Notes under the pieces: generated by a model
What the model saw: only the letters and a program-made list of their open reading frames with translations
Told to the model about the DNA's origin: nothing
The model's database searches: none
Source of the DNA: a virus
Virus record (IMG/VR): IMGVR_UViG_3300045988_118480
Location: 1-40,965 of that record
Length of the DNA stretch: 40,965 bases
Strand: one strand, 5' to 3'
In this document: piece by piece, positions 21,302 through 31,040 of the stretch
How positions within the stretch are numbered: position 1 is the stretch's first letter
Layout of the letters: each line of letters opens with the position of its first letter
Program-made: the position numbers and the translations under genes

Positions 21302-22758
21302 CAAATCCCCCTGCTTTTAATTTCTGCTGCCAATGTGTTAGACAGTTTGATGGACAACTGCTCAACATGCCCGACGGTCTGTGTGCCCCATCCGTCGGGG
21401 ACGGAAAGATACGCGCCCGGCTGCTCGCCCTGCCATACGATCTTACTGCTCGCCGTCTTGCGCCGGGCGTAATAGTCATATACGCGCTGCGCCACGGCCT
21501 GGCCGACAGCAGGGGAGACAAGGGTCGCGTCGGTGATCTGCACCACATTGGCTTTGGTGTTGGCCGTCACATTGGGATTGGTGACGGTGTAGACCGTCGT
21601 CGTGTCCTTATACTTTTGGCCGCCGACCTCGATGTCGCCCGATGCATCGGCTGTGTACTGATGTGCCGTAACCTGCACCGATGTCGTTATCGCCGCCGTC
21701 TCGACGGTCGGTCCGGTATATGTCCGGCCTGTGCCGACGTCGGTCAGCTCTGTTCCCGGGGAGTATATATGCACCCCGGTCACGCCGGTTGTCGACGCAC
21801 ACACGCCCCAGACAAACAACAGCTGCTGCAAGGCGTCGCGCCGCGTACCCTCGGGGATATATCCCGTGACCTGTGTGTCGGCGGCGTCGATGGTGAGGTC
21901 AAATGCCCCGCCGATGATCTCGGCCGCGAGTGCCTTTGCCGACTTATCGGTATACATGCCTCCGGCAAACACATCATCGTCGAGCACGCCTATCGCGTCC
22001 TGGCACTCGATCTGATATGTGTTAGCGCCCTGGCGTTTGGCCTTGTCGATGTAGTACACACCTATCAGCTTTCCGGCGCTAATCGCTTCTACCGGCTGTT
22101 TGAGCTGGAACATATAATCTATGTCTTTGCGGCTCTCTAACGTCCACTTGAGCGCCCCTGCGGGCAACTCTGTGCCTATAAGGCTTGTCTCTGCCGTTAT
22201 CTCTGCGTCGCGCAGCTCATCCATGCCAAACTCTCGGACTATGCCGATCAGTATGCTGTTGATCCTTGCGCGGCGCCCGGGGACGCTGGTCTTATTGAGG
22301 GTCAGCACGATTTTATCAAATGCCTCGACTGCCTGCTGACAAAAAAATGTCGCGTCGTTTGGCTCAAAGACGGCCTCGGCCTTGAGTGTCTCGCCTTGAT
22401 ACCACTGCACGGTCACGCTACTGCACCGCTCGTCCGTCGCCGCGTCCGACGTCAGAGTTATCCCGACGGACGAAAACTGTCGGCTGAAGGTAAGGGTAAT
22501 GACCGGCGGGGTCGCAAATACTCCGGTGCTCTTGTCGCTGACGACCGTCGACCAAAAGGCTATCTCTTGCTCATCGTGGACCTCAAAGGATCCATCCAAC
22601 ACCCAGCGGTTATGTTCCAGCGTTGCGACCGCCGGAGTTCCCGCCCCGAAGGGCAGGAGGGCGAGGTCGGAAAACTCTTCGGCCGACGTCGCCTCCGGGG
22701 TGGCGGCTTCCGCCGCCCCGGGTGCTATGTCCTTGTATATGATTTTGGTCTTACTCAT
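21301..22758 (-). CDS. Tail tip / baseplate protein (Dit/Tal-position; 485 aa)
   Basis: Assigned by its position two genes after the tape measure and by size. No catalytic motif recognised. Confidence 0.7.
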   Translation of the reverse strand: MSKTKIIYKDIAPGAAEAATPEATSAEEFSDLALLPFGAGTPAVATLEHNRWVLDGSFEVHDEQEIAFWSTVVSDKSTGVFATPPVITLTFSRQFSSVGITLTSDAATDERCSSVTVQWYQGETLKAEAVFEPNDATFFCQQAVEAFDKIVLTLNKTSVPGRRARINSILIGIVREFGMDELRDAEITAETSLIGTELPAGALKWTLESRKDIDYMFQLKQPVEAISAGKLIGVYYIDKAKRQGANTYQIECQDAIGVLDDDVFAGGMYTDKSAKALAAEIIGGAFDLTIDAADTQVTGYIPEGTRRDALQQLLFVWGVCASTTGVTGVHIYSPGTELTDVGTGRTYTGPTVETAAITTSVQVTAHQYTADASGDIEVGGQKYKDTTTVYTVTNPNVTANTKANVVQITDATLVSPAVGQAVAQRVYDYYARRKTASSKIVWQGEQPGAYLSVPDGWGTQTVGHVEQLSIKLSNTLAAEIKSRGI

Positions 22759-23153
22759 GGCCGTACCTGCGCGTCCATCGGGATAAAGTTGACCGATATC
22801 TCATCCCATCGGTTGACGCCGTCGGCGGCCATGCCCTCTTTAAGCTTGCGGCTGCCGGATGTGTAGTAAGCCTCGTATGATAAGGTGCTCTGCCCATCGG
22901 CCGCCTCGAGTTGTACGCTGTCGTCGACCGAATGGGCTATGAGATAGTCCCACAGAGCGTCAAAATCGCTCTGGCTTTTGCCGTTAAAAAATGTGACCTT
23001 ATGGCCGATGTATGTGCCGATGATATCGCGCACCATCCGGCCGGAGAGCACGCGCCCGACGTTATCGCCGTCGAGCACGGAAAAGCTCTCTTCGATGTTG
23101 CTTATAGCGACGTCGACGTCAAAGGATCTTCCGTTGATTTTTATGTAATTCAC
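22755..23153 (-). CDS. Tail component (132 aa; GTG start)
   Basis: SD aaggagg sits 6 nt before GTG 23153. The gene is directly downstream of the tape measure. Confidence 0.65.
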   Translation of the reverse strand: MNYIKINGRSFDVDVAISNIEESFSVLDGDNVGRVLSGRMVRDIIGTYIGHKVTFFNGKSQSDFDALWDYLIAHSVDDSVQLEAADGQSTLSYEAYYTSGSRKLKEGMAADGVNRWDEISVNFIPMDAQVRP

Positions 23154-23165
23154 CGGCCGCCTCCT

Positions 23166-25139
23166 TTACGCCTTTACAAGGGATTTGCCATGCCGCTTCG
23201 ACACCTTTTTCTGGTTGCGGTATATGACCTCTCCGTCGAGTTCCAGTACGTTGTTTATGACCATCTCGCCGCTTCCGCCGCCGTCCATCTCCTCGCGGAT
23301 GAGCTGCCGGAGCTTTGCGTCGGGTACCTCATAGTTTGTGCCCTGCTTTTGGTCGCCGAGCACGGCCAGAAACTCGCGGTTAGGCGGGATGACCGCGCCC
23401 TGAGCAAGGCGGGGGAGGCTTGCCTCGGCCATATGGCTTATTTTTGGTCCCCACGATTTACCGCCGATACCCGGGACCCACTCGGGGACCTCAATTTTGA
23501 TTTTGTTGATCTGGTCTATGACCCAGTTGACCCCGCGGATAATAAGGTTCAAAAAGCTCTCTATTATGATGAGGTCCATGTTAATCCATGATTTAATCAT
23601 CTTTTTTAAGCCGGCACCGGCTCGGTCCATGTCGCCCGTAAACACTCCTTCGACAAAATCCACAAGCCCACTCAAAAAGTTTTTTATCTGGTCGATAAAC
23701 TCTTTGAGGTTGCCAGTCCATGCCAGGACTGCCACAACGATAGAGGCAAATGCTGCTATAAGCAACGGGACCCAGCTTTTTGTAAGCAGGCTTATCCCCA
23801 GACCACCGGTCAGCAATCCGGCGATCAATGTCAGTACATTTTTGAGATTAACTCCATTTTTGGATATATCCTCAAAAGCCGCTACCAACAGCGCCGCAGA
23901 GGATATGATAAGGCCTATTCCGGCGCCGATTTTGCCAAAGGCAAGAGCCAAACCACCTGTGACAGCCGCCGCCCCTGCGATAAGCTCGGTCATGTTGCCC
24001 CAATTAAGGCCGTTTTCCATTACGTCGGAAAGAGCATCCCACATTAGTTTCAGGCCGCCCACGGCAATTAAAAGACCCGCGATCTTTGTCGCAATGCCCT
24101 GGAGCTGTGACGGGAGTTTGTCCGACAGTTTCCACAAGGCAAGGCCCGCACCGATAAACAGTATTGCGTCTGCGATATCGTTAAGCCGGTCTGATACACC
24201 GTCCAAAAAGCTAAAATCCGGGGTGATGTCCGTAGCCGCTCCACCGCTTCCGCCGCTGCTGTCATCGCCCTTGTTGCTTGAGAGCTGATTGATCTCGTCA
24301 AAAGCCGCCAGCGACTTTCCGGCCTCTTTTGCGGCTTTTCCGGTCCCTTTGAGCGCTGCCTTTTGCTTGTTTAGTGCTTTGGCGGCGTCTGTAGTGGATT
24401 TAAGGGATTTGCCGGATATTGCCGCTATGAGCTGCGCTATCCTGCTTATTACCGCCGTCAATACATTAACCAGCACGATAAATGCGGGTATGATGACATT
24501 AACCAATGGCTGGGCCAGCGTAAGGAGCGCGCCCTGCAACTGCGCCATAGCGGCTCGGGCTCCGTCGTTTGTTTTTATGGTCTCCATCATCCACGACCGG
24601 AGTGACCGCAGTCCCGCGCTTATGATGTTAAAGATAAAGGCTCTTACGGCCAGCTTTTTTATCCGGTCCCCGAGCTTGTCGGCAAACCTTTCCGCCTGAT
24701 CCATTGCCGCCGCCATTTTCCCGGCCGCGGTCTGGCTATATGCGATTCTCGCAGCGTAGGCGCCTGCCTGTTCTTCCGCCTCGCCAATGTTTTTTGTTAT
24801 GCTCGCAATGTCGACATCTATATTTTTTGCTCGCGTTTCGAGGTTTTCCCATCTCTGGGCAAGCGTCTCACTCTGTTTTTCAAGTCGCTCATAGTCTTTA
24901 CTGTTGACAAAGTCAGGGCCTCTTTGTGCGGACATCTCGCGTATTTTGGCATTTACTTCGTCGAGCTTTCTTGCGGCGTCGTCCATTTGCGCCTCGATGT
25001 TTGACTTTGTGTTTTGCTTTTTTTCGAGCGCCTCATTTAGCTTTTTGATCTGCTTTTCCAGCTTATCAAGCTCTTTTTGCGCATCTTTCTCGTCGATATC
25101 CACGCCAATAACAACGGCGCCATCGGCTTCATCGGCCAT
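23166..25139 (-). CDS. Tape measure protein (657 aa)
   Basis: An N-terminal coiled coil, a long hydrophobic Gly/Ala/Leu-rich centre, and a position after the chaperone genes. Confidence 0.9.
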   Translation of the reverse strand: MADEADGAVVIGVDIDEKDAQKELDKLEKQIKKLNEALEKKQNTKSNIEAQMDDAARKLDEVNAKIREMSAQRGPDFVNSKDYERLEKQSETLAQRWENLETRAKNIDVDIASITKNIGEAEEQAGAYAARIAYSQTAAGKMAAAMDQAERFADKLGDRIKKLAVRAFIFNIISAGLRSLRSWMMETIKTNDGARAAMAQLQGALLTLAQPLVNVIIPAFIVLVNVLTAVISRIAQLIAAISGKSLKSTTDAAKALNKQKAALKGTGKAAKEAGKSLAAFDEINQLSSNKGDDSSGGSGGAATDITPDFSFLDGVSDRLNDIADAILFIGAGLALWKLSDKLPSQLQGIATKIAGLLIAVGGLKLMWDALSDVMENGLNWGNMTELIAGAAAVTGGLALAFGKIGAGIGLIISSAALLVAAFEDISKNGVNLKNVLTLIAGLLTGGLGISLLTKSWVPLLIAAFASIVVAVLAWTGNLKEFIDQIKNFLSGLVDFVEGVFTGDMDRAGAGLKKMIKSWINMDLIIIESFLNLIIRGVNWVIDQINKIKIEVPEWVPGIGGKSWGPKISHMAEASLPRLAQGAVIPPNREFLAVLGDQKQGTNYEVPDAKLRQLIREEMDGGGSGEMVINNVLELDGEVIYRNQKKVSKRHGKSLVKA

Positions 25140-25155
25140 CTGTTATTTCACCACC

Positions 25156-25707
25156 TTATATCCACTTGCTTATAATCTCTTCTTCGGCGGCGCTATACTT
25201 GTTTTTGATATCTATCGCCGCTTTATTCTGACGATAAAAAGTCTTATCGTCTTTTTGTGTGAGCTTGCCGTTGGCTTTGAGTTTGCGGATACGCACTATC
25301 TGGGCAAAATAGCAATCGCCTATTTCTTGGAAATAGGACAAGAATGTCCACCAATGCACATAATCCACGGCGCGGATATCCTGTCCCGCGATCCTGTTGA
25401 CCGGCGCGATGATATATCTATAATCCTGCTCCCAGTCCATAAGCTGCGGCTTGCGTTTTTCGGGCTCCGTATACTCTTCTTCTCCATTGATAAACGCAAA
25501 ACACTTTTTAAGTGCCGCTTCGAGGTGTGCCTCTGGTATTTGATCAAAGGTCGGATAAAAGATATACAGGATAACAAGTGCCTTTTTCTGACCCGTAAGG
25601 TCCTTGTCATTCATGGCCTCGAAGATATCAAGGATCACCCGATAATCGGTCTCTATAGGGTACTCGACCCCTTCGATGGTCACCGTTTTCGGCAGGCCGT
25701 ATCTCAT
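25156..25707 (-). CDS. Phage Gp15-family protein (tail assembly; 183 aa)
   Basis: LPKTVTIEGVEYPIETDYRVILDIFEA.. pattern. Located immediately upstream of the tape measure. Confidence 0.7.
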   Translation of the reverse strand: MRYGLPKTVTIEGVEYPIETDYRVILDIFEAMNDKDLTGQKKALVILYIFYPTFDQIPEAHLEAALKKCFAFINGEEEYTEPEKRKPQLMDWEQDYRYIIAPVNRIAGQDIRAVDYVHWWTFLSYFQEIGDCYFAQIVRIRKLKANGKLTQKDDKTFYRQNKAAIDIKNKYSAAEEEIISKWI

Positions 25708-26126
25708 CTCTTGTACTTGTTGATATATTTTGCGATCTGCTCATCCTGCAATGCATGCTGACGTTTGACGCCCTCGTCAAGCTCGTCGATGATCGCCAAT
25801 ATCAGATTGAGCCACAACGGCAGGCCGCCCGCATAGGCGTATACGCTGACGTTTCCAAACAGCTGCTTGCATGTGTCCTCGCCCAAGAGCTCATCTAATG
25901 TTGCACGGGTTTCCTGGTCCAACTTTTTAAGGTAAGCAAAGACCTCTCGGCCCTTACCTTTGAGTGTGGCAAGATCTTTGTTTTTGGTATCCTCGGATAC
26001 CTTGAGCTTTTCGAGTGCGTCATATACTCGGCCCACAAAGACCGGGTCAGCGGGGTTAAAAAAGACTGAGCATTTATCATTGAGCCTATATTCGGCAACA
26101 TCGGTTTCAAGTTTTATCTCTTTCAC
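25704..26126 (-). CDS. Tail assembly chaperone-position protein (about 140 aa; GTG start proposed)
   Basis: SD aaaggag sits 7 nt before GTG 26126. The track's TTG 26147 lies inside a hairpin. Confidence 0.6.
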   Translation of the reverse strand: MKEIKLETDVAEYRLNDKCSVFFNPADPVFVGRVYDALEKLKVSEDTKNKDLATLKGKGREVFAYLKKLDQETRATLDELLGEDTCKQLFGNVSVYAYAGGLPLWLNLILAIIDELDEGVKRQHALQDEQIAKYINKYKR

Positions 26127-26145
26127 GGTTTGCTCTCCTTTCGTC

Positions 26146-26171
26146 AAAGGGCGGGTTTTTGCCCGCCCTTT
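26146..26171 (-). terminator. Hairpin after the major tail gene (possible attenuating terminator)
   Basis: aaagggcggg-N6-cccgcccttt. Confidence 0.45.
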
Positions 26172-26172
26172 G

Positions 26173-26703
26173 CTATGCCTCGGCGTCGGCCGTAAAGGTC
26201 ATTGCGCCGTTGGAGCCCTTTTTGATCGTGCCCAGCGTGCGCGTGCCGCCGTATGTTATGTCGGTGGCGATATTGATCGTACCGCCGCCCTCGCCGCCGA
26301 TGCTGGTTATAGCAATCGCGCAGCTGTCATAGCTCTCGGCAAACTTTGCCTCGCCGCTTGTTGCGTACAGGTGGGCGATGACCATTTTCTGGTTTGCGAG
26401 CGCCTGTACATCCTGATCTTTGATGCCGAGATTCCACAACTTGACAGCGGCCGGATCTCCGGCGTCAAGGGGTATCGGGTCAAAGCTCTGTGTTACCGTG
26501 GGCTTTTTCATCGTTGTGAAGGTGTTGCCCATGATGTCTTTTTTGCTCTCCTGCGACCAGTCGTACTCTTCGCTCGAATCCTCGACCCTCTTTCCTATGG
26601 CCGACAGCACAGGGCTGCCGTCCGTGCCGGTGTCAAGGTACGCGATCAGCAGTTCGCGGTCAATCGTCTGACCCGCGGGGGTCGCAAATGTCAAATCTGC
26701 CAT
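26173..26703 (-). CDS. Major tail protein (176 aa)
   Basis: Assigned by position, size and beta-rich sequence. A hairpin follows the gene. Confidence 0.75.
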   Translation of the reverse strand: MADLTFATPAGQTIDRELLIAYLDTGTDGSPVLSAIGKRVEDSSEEYDWSQESKKDIMGNTFTTMKKPTVTQSFDPIPLDAGDPAAVKLWNLGIKDQDVQALANQKMVIAHLYATSGEAKFAESYDSCAIAITSIGGEGGGTINIATDITYGGTRTLGTIKKGSNGAMTFTADAEA

Positions 26704-26706
26704 TTT

Positions 26707-27159
26707 TTATACATTCACCTCGTATTCCATCTTTGCGAGGATCTGATGATCCTCTACACCATCCTCATATCTGCCAAAGAGAGACGCTAACGTCGTCGCC
26801 TTTGCCGATATTACCCGTTTCCCGTCGCCGAGATCGGGCTTGTTTTTGTCCATCCACGCGCCCATGGCATTAAGCATTTCGTCGGCCTTGAGGCGCTTGT
26901 CGTTGCTCTTGCCGGGCTTAAAGCGATAGATGATCTTAAACTGGTACTCGGCGGCATATCCGCCGAGTATGTACTTTTTTGTGATATATGCGCTCTGTAT
27001 GGCCGAGAGAGCCATTGCCGGAAGGTCGGTATCAAGATACTCATACTGGATGACGCCGACGTCTGCCGGTATCTCCGGGCATGTGTTGATCCATGTCATC
27101 AGCTTACGGGATATCTGATCCTGTTCTGCGGCCGATACTGCGCGTTTGGTCTTTTCCAT
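26707..27159 (-). CDS. Head-tail joining / tail completion protein ('minor capsid protein 3' position; 150 aa)
   Basis: Gene order conserved with A118/SPP1-like connector modules. Confidence 0.6.
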   Translation of the reverse strand: MEKTKRAVSAAEQDQISRKLMTWINTCPEIPADVGVIQYEYLDTDLPAMALSAIQSAYITKKYILGGYAAEYQFKIIYRFKPGKSNDKRLKADEMLNAMGAWMDKNKPDLGDGKRVISAKATTLASLFGRYEDGVEDHQILAKMEYEVNV

Positions 27160-27171
27160 GGGCTTTATCCT

Positions 27172-27621
27172 TTACTTTTTGTACACGTTTTCCGCGGCCA
27201 CCCGCCGCCACTTGTCGAGGTTCTGGGCCTTTGACGCCTCAAACCAATGTGCCTGTGCATCGCCGTGGACAGTTTTGTTAAATACAAGATCGCGGTCGGT
27301 TGCGTGGAGCTTCGATCCAACCGGGAAGGTGATATATTCATTCCCATCGCTGCCGATATAGTGCCGCGGTCCGCGACCGTTTTCGTCGACCATGACCTTG
27401 CCATAGTACAGATACCGTGCATATGGTCCGGGATATACGACGCTGTTGCCCACGACCCGGGTGCGCTGGTTGAGAGATCCCGTCAGCGCCGGCGTATAGG
27501 GATTGGTATCGCTCTCCACCTGGATCGCCACTATGTGCTCGGCTTTGGTGCATCGCCGGGCGAGCGCCTCTTTGACCTTGTCCCAGCCGTCGACATCGAT
27601 ATCAAACTTTAACCCGGCCAT
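27172..27621 (-). CDS. Head-tail joining protein (Minor_capsid_2-like; 149 aa)
   Basis: MAGLKFDIDVDGWDKV.... ATG 27621 overlaps the upstream stop as TAATG. Confidence 0.65.
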   Translation of the reverse strand: MAGLKFDIDVDGWDKVKEALARRCTKAEHIVAIQVESDTNPYTPALTGSLNQRTRVVGNSVVYPGPYARYLYYGKVMVDENGRGPRHYIGSDGNEYITFPVGSKLHATDRDLVFNKTVHGDAQAHWFEASKAQNLDKWRRVAAENVYKK

Positions 27622-28079
27622 TACACGCCTCCCACCATCCAATGACGCATATCGGCGCTGCCAAAATCCTTTTCGTCGACTTTAGTTACGTCGTACACGT
27701 CGTCATGGGTCATTTCCAGCAGCTGCTCGCTGCTGTTGGGCTCAACGACCTCGCCCTTGACAAATATCGTGCTGCCGCCCTTGCCGCTGACAGACAGCGT
27801 CCAAATCCCCGTCTTATCCTTTGCCGACCAAAACTCCTTAGGCCCGACATAGCGCTTTACGGCGCCTGTCTCGCCGTCGACCGCTTCCGCGTCAAATGGG
27901 ATATACAGGTTTACGGCGTCGGCGTTTTCCAGCCCGCTTTTGTCGACATTGACGGCCTTCGCAGCCTCCAAAAATACGCCCCGTATGACCGTGATGTAAT
28001 TGTGCTGGACATCCTCAAAGGTCGTCGGGTCGATCTCCTGTACGATATTGTATATCGTTACTGTATGGGGCGCGTACAT
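27621..28079 (-). CDS. Head closure protein (Minor_capsid_1-like; 152 aa)
   Basis: MYAPHTVTIYN... pattern. SD ggggagg. Confidence 0.65.
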   Translation of the reverse strand: MYAPHTVTIYNIVQEIDPTTFEDVQHNYITVIRGVFLEAAKAVNVDKSGLENADAVNLYIPFDAEAVDGETGAVKRYVGPKEFWSAKDKTGIWTLSVSGKGGSTIFVKGEVVEPNSSEQLLEMTHDDVYDVTKVDEKDFGSADMRHWMVGGV

Positions 28080-28495
28080 GGACAGCCTCCCCTATACAGC
28101 AGGCCGGTATAGGCCAGATATTCCGATGCCGTTGCGGCAAGCAGCCGCTTCGCGCCGTCGGTCGTCTGCAAGGCGGCCAGGGCGGTATCCACGCCGGACC
28201 TAAATGTCCGTGAGTATCCGCCTACCGTCTCGCTCTGCAACTCGCTGCCCGACGCCGCTATGGACGCCGAGAGGTTTTTTGCCGACAGCGCCTGCGCCTG
28301 CTCTATGAGCTGGTACTGATCGACCAATGCGCAACAGGCCATTTTAAGGGCTTCAAGGTCGGCGTTTTTGGCCGCGCGGCCCTGGGTGTAGTAATCCAAA
28401 AAGGAGCTGGCACGGACGGCCAGGCGCGGAAAATCCTCCTCTTTGACATTGCCCATATAGGTGTCCGAGTAGTATGTATAATCTGCGTATACCAT
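28058..28495 (-). CDS. Head-tail connector (gp6-like adaptor; 145 aa)
   Basis: YADYTYYSDTYMGN...EEDFPRLAVRAS.FLD pattern. Located directly after the capsid gene. Confidence 0.7.
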   Translation of the reverse strand: MVYADYTYYSDTYMGNVKEEDFPRLAVRASSFLDYYTQGRAAKNADLEALKMACCALVDQYQLIEQAQALSAKNLSASIAASGSELQSETVGGYSRTFRSGVDTALAALQTTDGAKRLLAATASEYLAYTGLLYRGGCPCTRPIQ

Positions 28496-28513
28496 CGTGT
28501 CAGCTCCTTTGCC

Positions 28514-29509
28514 TTATGCGGTTTTGGGCTTAAGGACGATACCGTTAAGCGCTGCCGCCTTGAGCGTGTTTTTAAGCACGACGCCCGCGACAAGCTCGAC
28601 TTCGCCCTTTTTGACGGCGCCGGGGGCGGTCAGGTCGGGCATGTAAGAGCTTATAACGCTTGTGCCGGTGGGAGAAATGCCGTGGAAGCCATCAAGGCCA
28701 ATGGACACAGCGTAGATGCTGGATGTCCCCGCAGCAGCTGCCGACGGAGTCGATGTGCCGATGACATCGACCGACGCTGTGCCGTTGTAGTATTTGCCGA
28801 CGTCCAGCAGGGGGATGCCGGCAAAGGTCTCGACGACGCGGCCGAAGTCGTCCTTTGTGCGCTCATAGTAACCGGCGCGGCGGGCGGCGGCTCTGACTTT
28901 GAGCAGCATGTCCCCATTCATGAGCAGCATCGATGTCTCGCCGTCGATGCTGTGTACCAGCTGGTCGAGCTGGTCGATAAAGGCGTTGCTATTGCTGTCG
29001 AGCTTAGTGCTGTCCGACAGATCTATCGTGGTGTCAAACACGTTAGATGTGCCGTTAAGCAACTTGCGCAGGCCGTCAAAGGTGTTGACGACAAAGCCGT
29101 CGCCGGTTGCGGCCGATGTACCGTTGATGACCAGGTTGTGGAAATAGTTGCTTGTGGCCTTGATCTTCTGGGCCGCCTGGAAAGCCAGCTCATCGACGGC
29201 GCCCGATGTGCTCTGAAGCACACGGTCGACCTCAAAGGATCCGCCCATGATAACGGCCTTTGCCGTCTTTTCCTGCCTTTTTGCCTCGCCCGCGGTATAC
29301 TCGCTGTTGATTGCGCGTACCGCCGCTGTGGAGGGGGTCTTGAGCTGGATATATCCGTATGTGAGAGTAGAGCCGCCCGTGCCGGGGGAGATGGCATTGT
29401 CAAATACCAGTCTGTCCAGCAGCAGGGAGCTGCGGCGGAACTCATCAACGATCATCTGATCGACATGATCCGCCATGCCGACTTTTGCTTCGGCCAATGT
29501 GATAGGCAT
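28514..29509 (-). CDS. Major capsid protein (331 aa)
   Basis: Assigned by its position after the scaffold gene, its size and a strong SD. Confidence 0.85.
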   Translation of the reverse strand: MPITLAEAKVGMADHVDQMIVDEFRRSSLLLDRLVFDNAISPGTGGSTLTYGYIQLKTPSTAAVRAINSEYTAGEAKRQEKTAKAVIMGGSFEVDRVLQSTSGAVDELAFQAAQKIKATSNYFHNLVINGTSAATGDGFVVNTFDGLRKLLNGTSNVFDTTIDLSDSTKLDSNSNAFIDQLDQLVHSIDGETSMLLMNGDMLLKVRAAARRAGYYERTKDDFGRVVETFAGIPLLDVGKYYNGTASVDVIGTSTPSAAAAGTSSIYAVSIGLDGFHGISPTGTSVISSYMPDLTAPGAVKKGEVELVAGVVLKNTLKAAALNGIVLKPKTA

Positions 29510-29526
29510 TGTCTACCTTCCTTTCA

Positions 29527-30102
29527 TTATTTAGCGTCAAACTTTTCGTGCAGCGCCTGTGACAGCGTCTTAGGCTTGCCGTCATCACCGCCGCCGCTTC
29601 CGTCGATACCGCCCTGGGTGTCGACGCGGGCGCCGGATTTTACAAAGGCGCTTGGGTCATCGGCCTTTGCCTTTTCGAGGTATTTTTCAAATCCTGTCAA
29701 AGCTCCATCCTTGACCTCGAGCTTGCTGTCACCGATCCCAGCCCGGAAAGCCTTTTCGGCCGATTTGCTGGAAAACTTGACCCCGCTATCGGCTATCGCC
29801 TTGTCAACGGCTGCCTGATAGTCGCGCTGGGCGAGCTGGGACTTATACGCCTCGGTCTCCTTATCGTACTTGCCCTGCAACTCATCCAGCTGCTTCTGGA
29901 TCGCGGCGGCGTCGCCGGTGCTCTTTTTGAGCTCCTCGATATCCTTGTCACGGTCGGACAGCTGCTTCTCGACCGCTTCTTTGTCCGCTTTGGCTTCCTC
30001 GGCCGCTTTTTTGTGCTTCTCGATGTCCTTACCATTAAGGGCAAAAACCTTGTCCGCCTGCTCTTCGGTCAGACCGATGCTCAACAGCTCTTCTTTTTTC
30101 AT
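29527..30102 (-). CDS. Scaffolding protein (GP20-like; 191 aa)
   Basis: MKKEELLSIGLTEEQADKVFALNGKDIEK.... Lys/Glu-rich coiled coil. Confidence 0.85.
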   Translation of the reverse strand: MKKEELLSIGLTEEQADKVFALNGKDIEKHKKAAEEAKADKEAVEKQLSDRDKDIEELKKSTGDAAAIQKQLDELQGKYDKETEAYKSQLAQRDYQAAVDKAIADSGVKFSSKSAEKAFRAGIGDSKLEVKDGALTGFEKYLEKAKADDPSAFVKSGARVDTQGGIDGSGGGDDGKPKTLSQALHEKFDAK

Positions 30103-30220
30103 ATTTTTTGTCTCCTTCGGGTAGGCTTTTTAGGTCGTCGCCATGACCTCCCGCCCACTCTTTTAGGCTTGTGGATAGCCAATTTTTGATGTATATAGAC
30201 CGCTTCCGCGGAATCTACCA

Positions 30221-30265
30221 AAACAAAAAAGAGCCAACCGGCCGCACGATGCAGCCGATCAGCTC
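30221..30265 (-). terminator. Imperfect long hairpin plus U-run inside the structural region (minus strand)
   Basis: The minus strand reads gagcugaucggcugc-aucgu-gcggccgguuggcuc followed by UUUUUUGUUUU. Confidence 0.5.
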
Positions 30266-30288
30266 CTATTGCTCTTCCCCGACCCCGA

Positions 30289-30423
30289 TTAGTCGGAGGC
30301 TCTATGTTTGATTGTCTTTTTGACCTCGAGGACGATTATCCTGTCGCCCTTACGCCGGACCTCGGCGTCATTGCCGCGCTTTAAGATGGCCTCTATGGCC
30401 TGCATAATTTCGTTACGATCCAT
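30289..30423 (-). CDS. Small hypothetical protein (44 aa; not in the ORF track)
   Basis: My manual translation gives MDRNEIMQAIEAILKRGNDAEVRRKGDRIIVLEVKKTIKHRASD. SD gaggtg sits 4-5 nt upstream, and the gene starts 3 nt after the previous stop. Confidence 0.45.
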   Translation of the reverse strand: MDRNEIMQAIEAILKRGNDAEVRRKGDRIIVLEVKKTIKHRASD

Positions 30424-30426
30424 GCG

Positions 30427-30699
30427 TCACCTCATGGCGTTCTCCTGGAGGTATTCCAGGCCCCTAAGCGTGATCCGTATTTCGTCGGGATTTTCAAGGC
30501 AGAGCCCGCCCTCTCTGTTGGTATACAACTCGACGTTTTTGATGAGCCCCGCGTCCTGGAGCATCTCCAGATAACGGTATTGACGCTCTGTGGACACTCC
30601 CATTGCATCAAGCGCAAGATCCGAGATGTCAAACGCGGGCAGGTCCATCGAGCGCTCCAACGCCTGTAATATCTTATAGATCGCCTTAAGGTTATCCAT
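30427..30699 (-). CDS. YjcQ-like winged-helix protein (90 aa)
   Basis: Similar in size and pattern to phage YjcQ-family proteins (..YKILQALE....GLIKNV....LT.RGLEYLQEN). Confidence 0.55.
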   Translation of the reverse strand: MDNLKAIYKILQALERSMDLPAFDISDLALDAMGVSTERQYRYLEMLQDAGLIKNVELYTNREGGLCLENPDEIRITLRGLEYLQENAMR

Positions 30700-30737
30700 C
30701 AGTCAATTACCTCGATGCTCTCAGCTCCCAGGCGTAA

Positions 30738-31040
30738 TCACTTTACGCCCTGTTCCTTCAGATAGGCTTCGTATTCCGGCGGTATGCCGATGTCGTAGTT
30801 TTTGTAATAATGCAGGAACTCAAGAGGAAATCTAAACTCTCCGTCGATATACTGCCCGGCCGTAAGATCTTCCCCCGTGAAAATATCAAGTGATTCTAAG
30901 CACGCCAAAGCCGGGGACAAGGATTCGATGTGTCTGATGATTGCCTCTCGACTTAGGGTGTTTTTGAATTTTCTGTAGTCCTCAAAATCTTCTTTACTGC
31001 TTCCATACGGCATTCCCTTAAAATATCCAAAAAGCATCAT
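30738..31040 (-). CDS. Small protein ATGA-coupled to the MuF-fusion gene: candidate immunity/partner protein (100 aa)
   Basis: Its start overlaps the stop of 31037..32797. It shares the same low-GC patch as the upstream C-terminal domain. No domain recognised. Confidence 0.65.
   Translation of the reverse strand: MMLFGYFKGMPYGSSKEDFEDYRKFKNTLSREAIIRHIESLSPALACLESLDIFTGEDLTAGQYIDGEFRFPLEFLHYYKNYDIGIPPEYEAYLKEQGVK

Noticed and set aside
25156-26147. Programmed -1 frameshift between the two tail chaperone-position genes (gpG/gpGT type)
   Set aside because: The two ORFs are joined by an ATGA stop/start overlap, and the second has the features of an independent Gp15-family protein. I saw no slippery heptamer near the junction.
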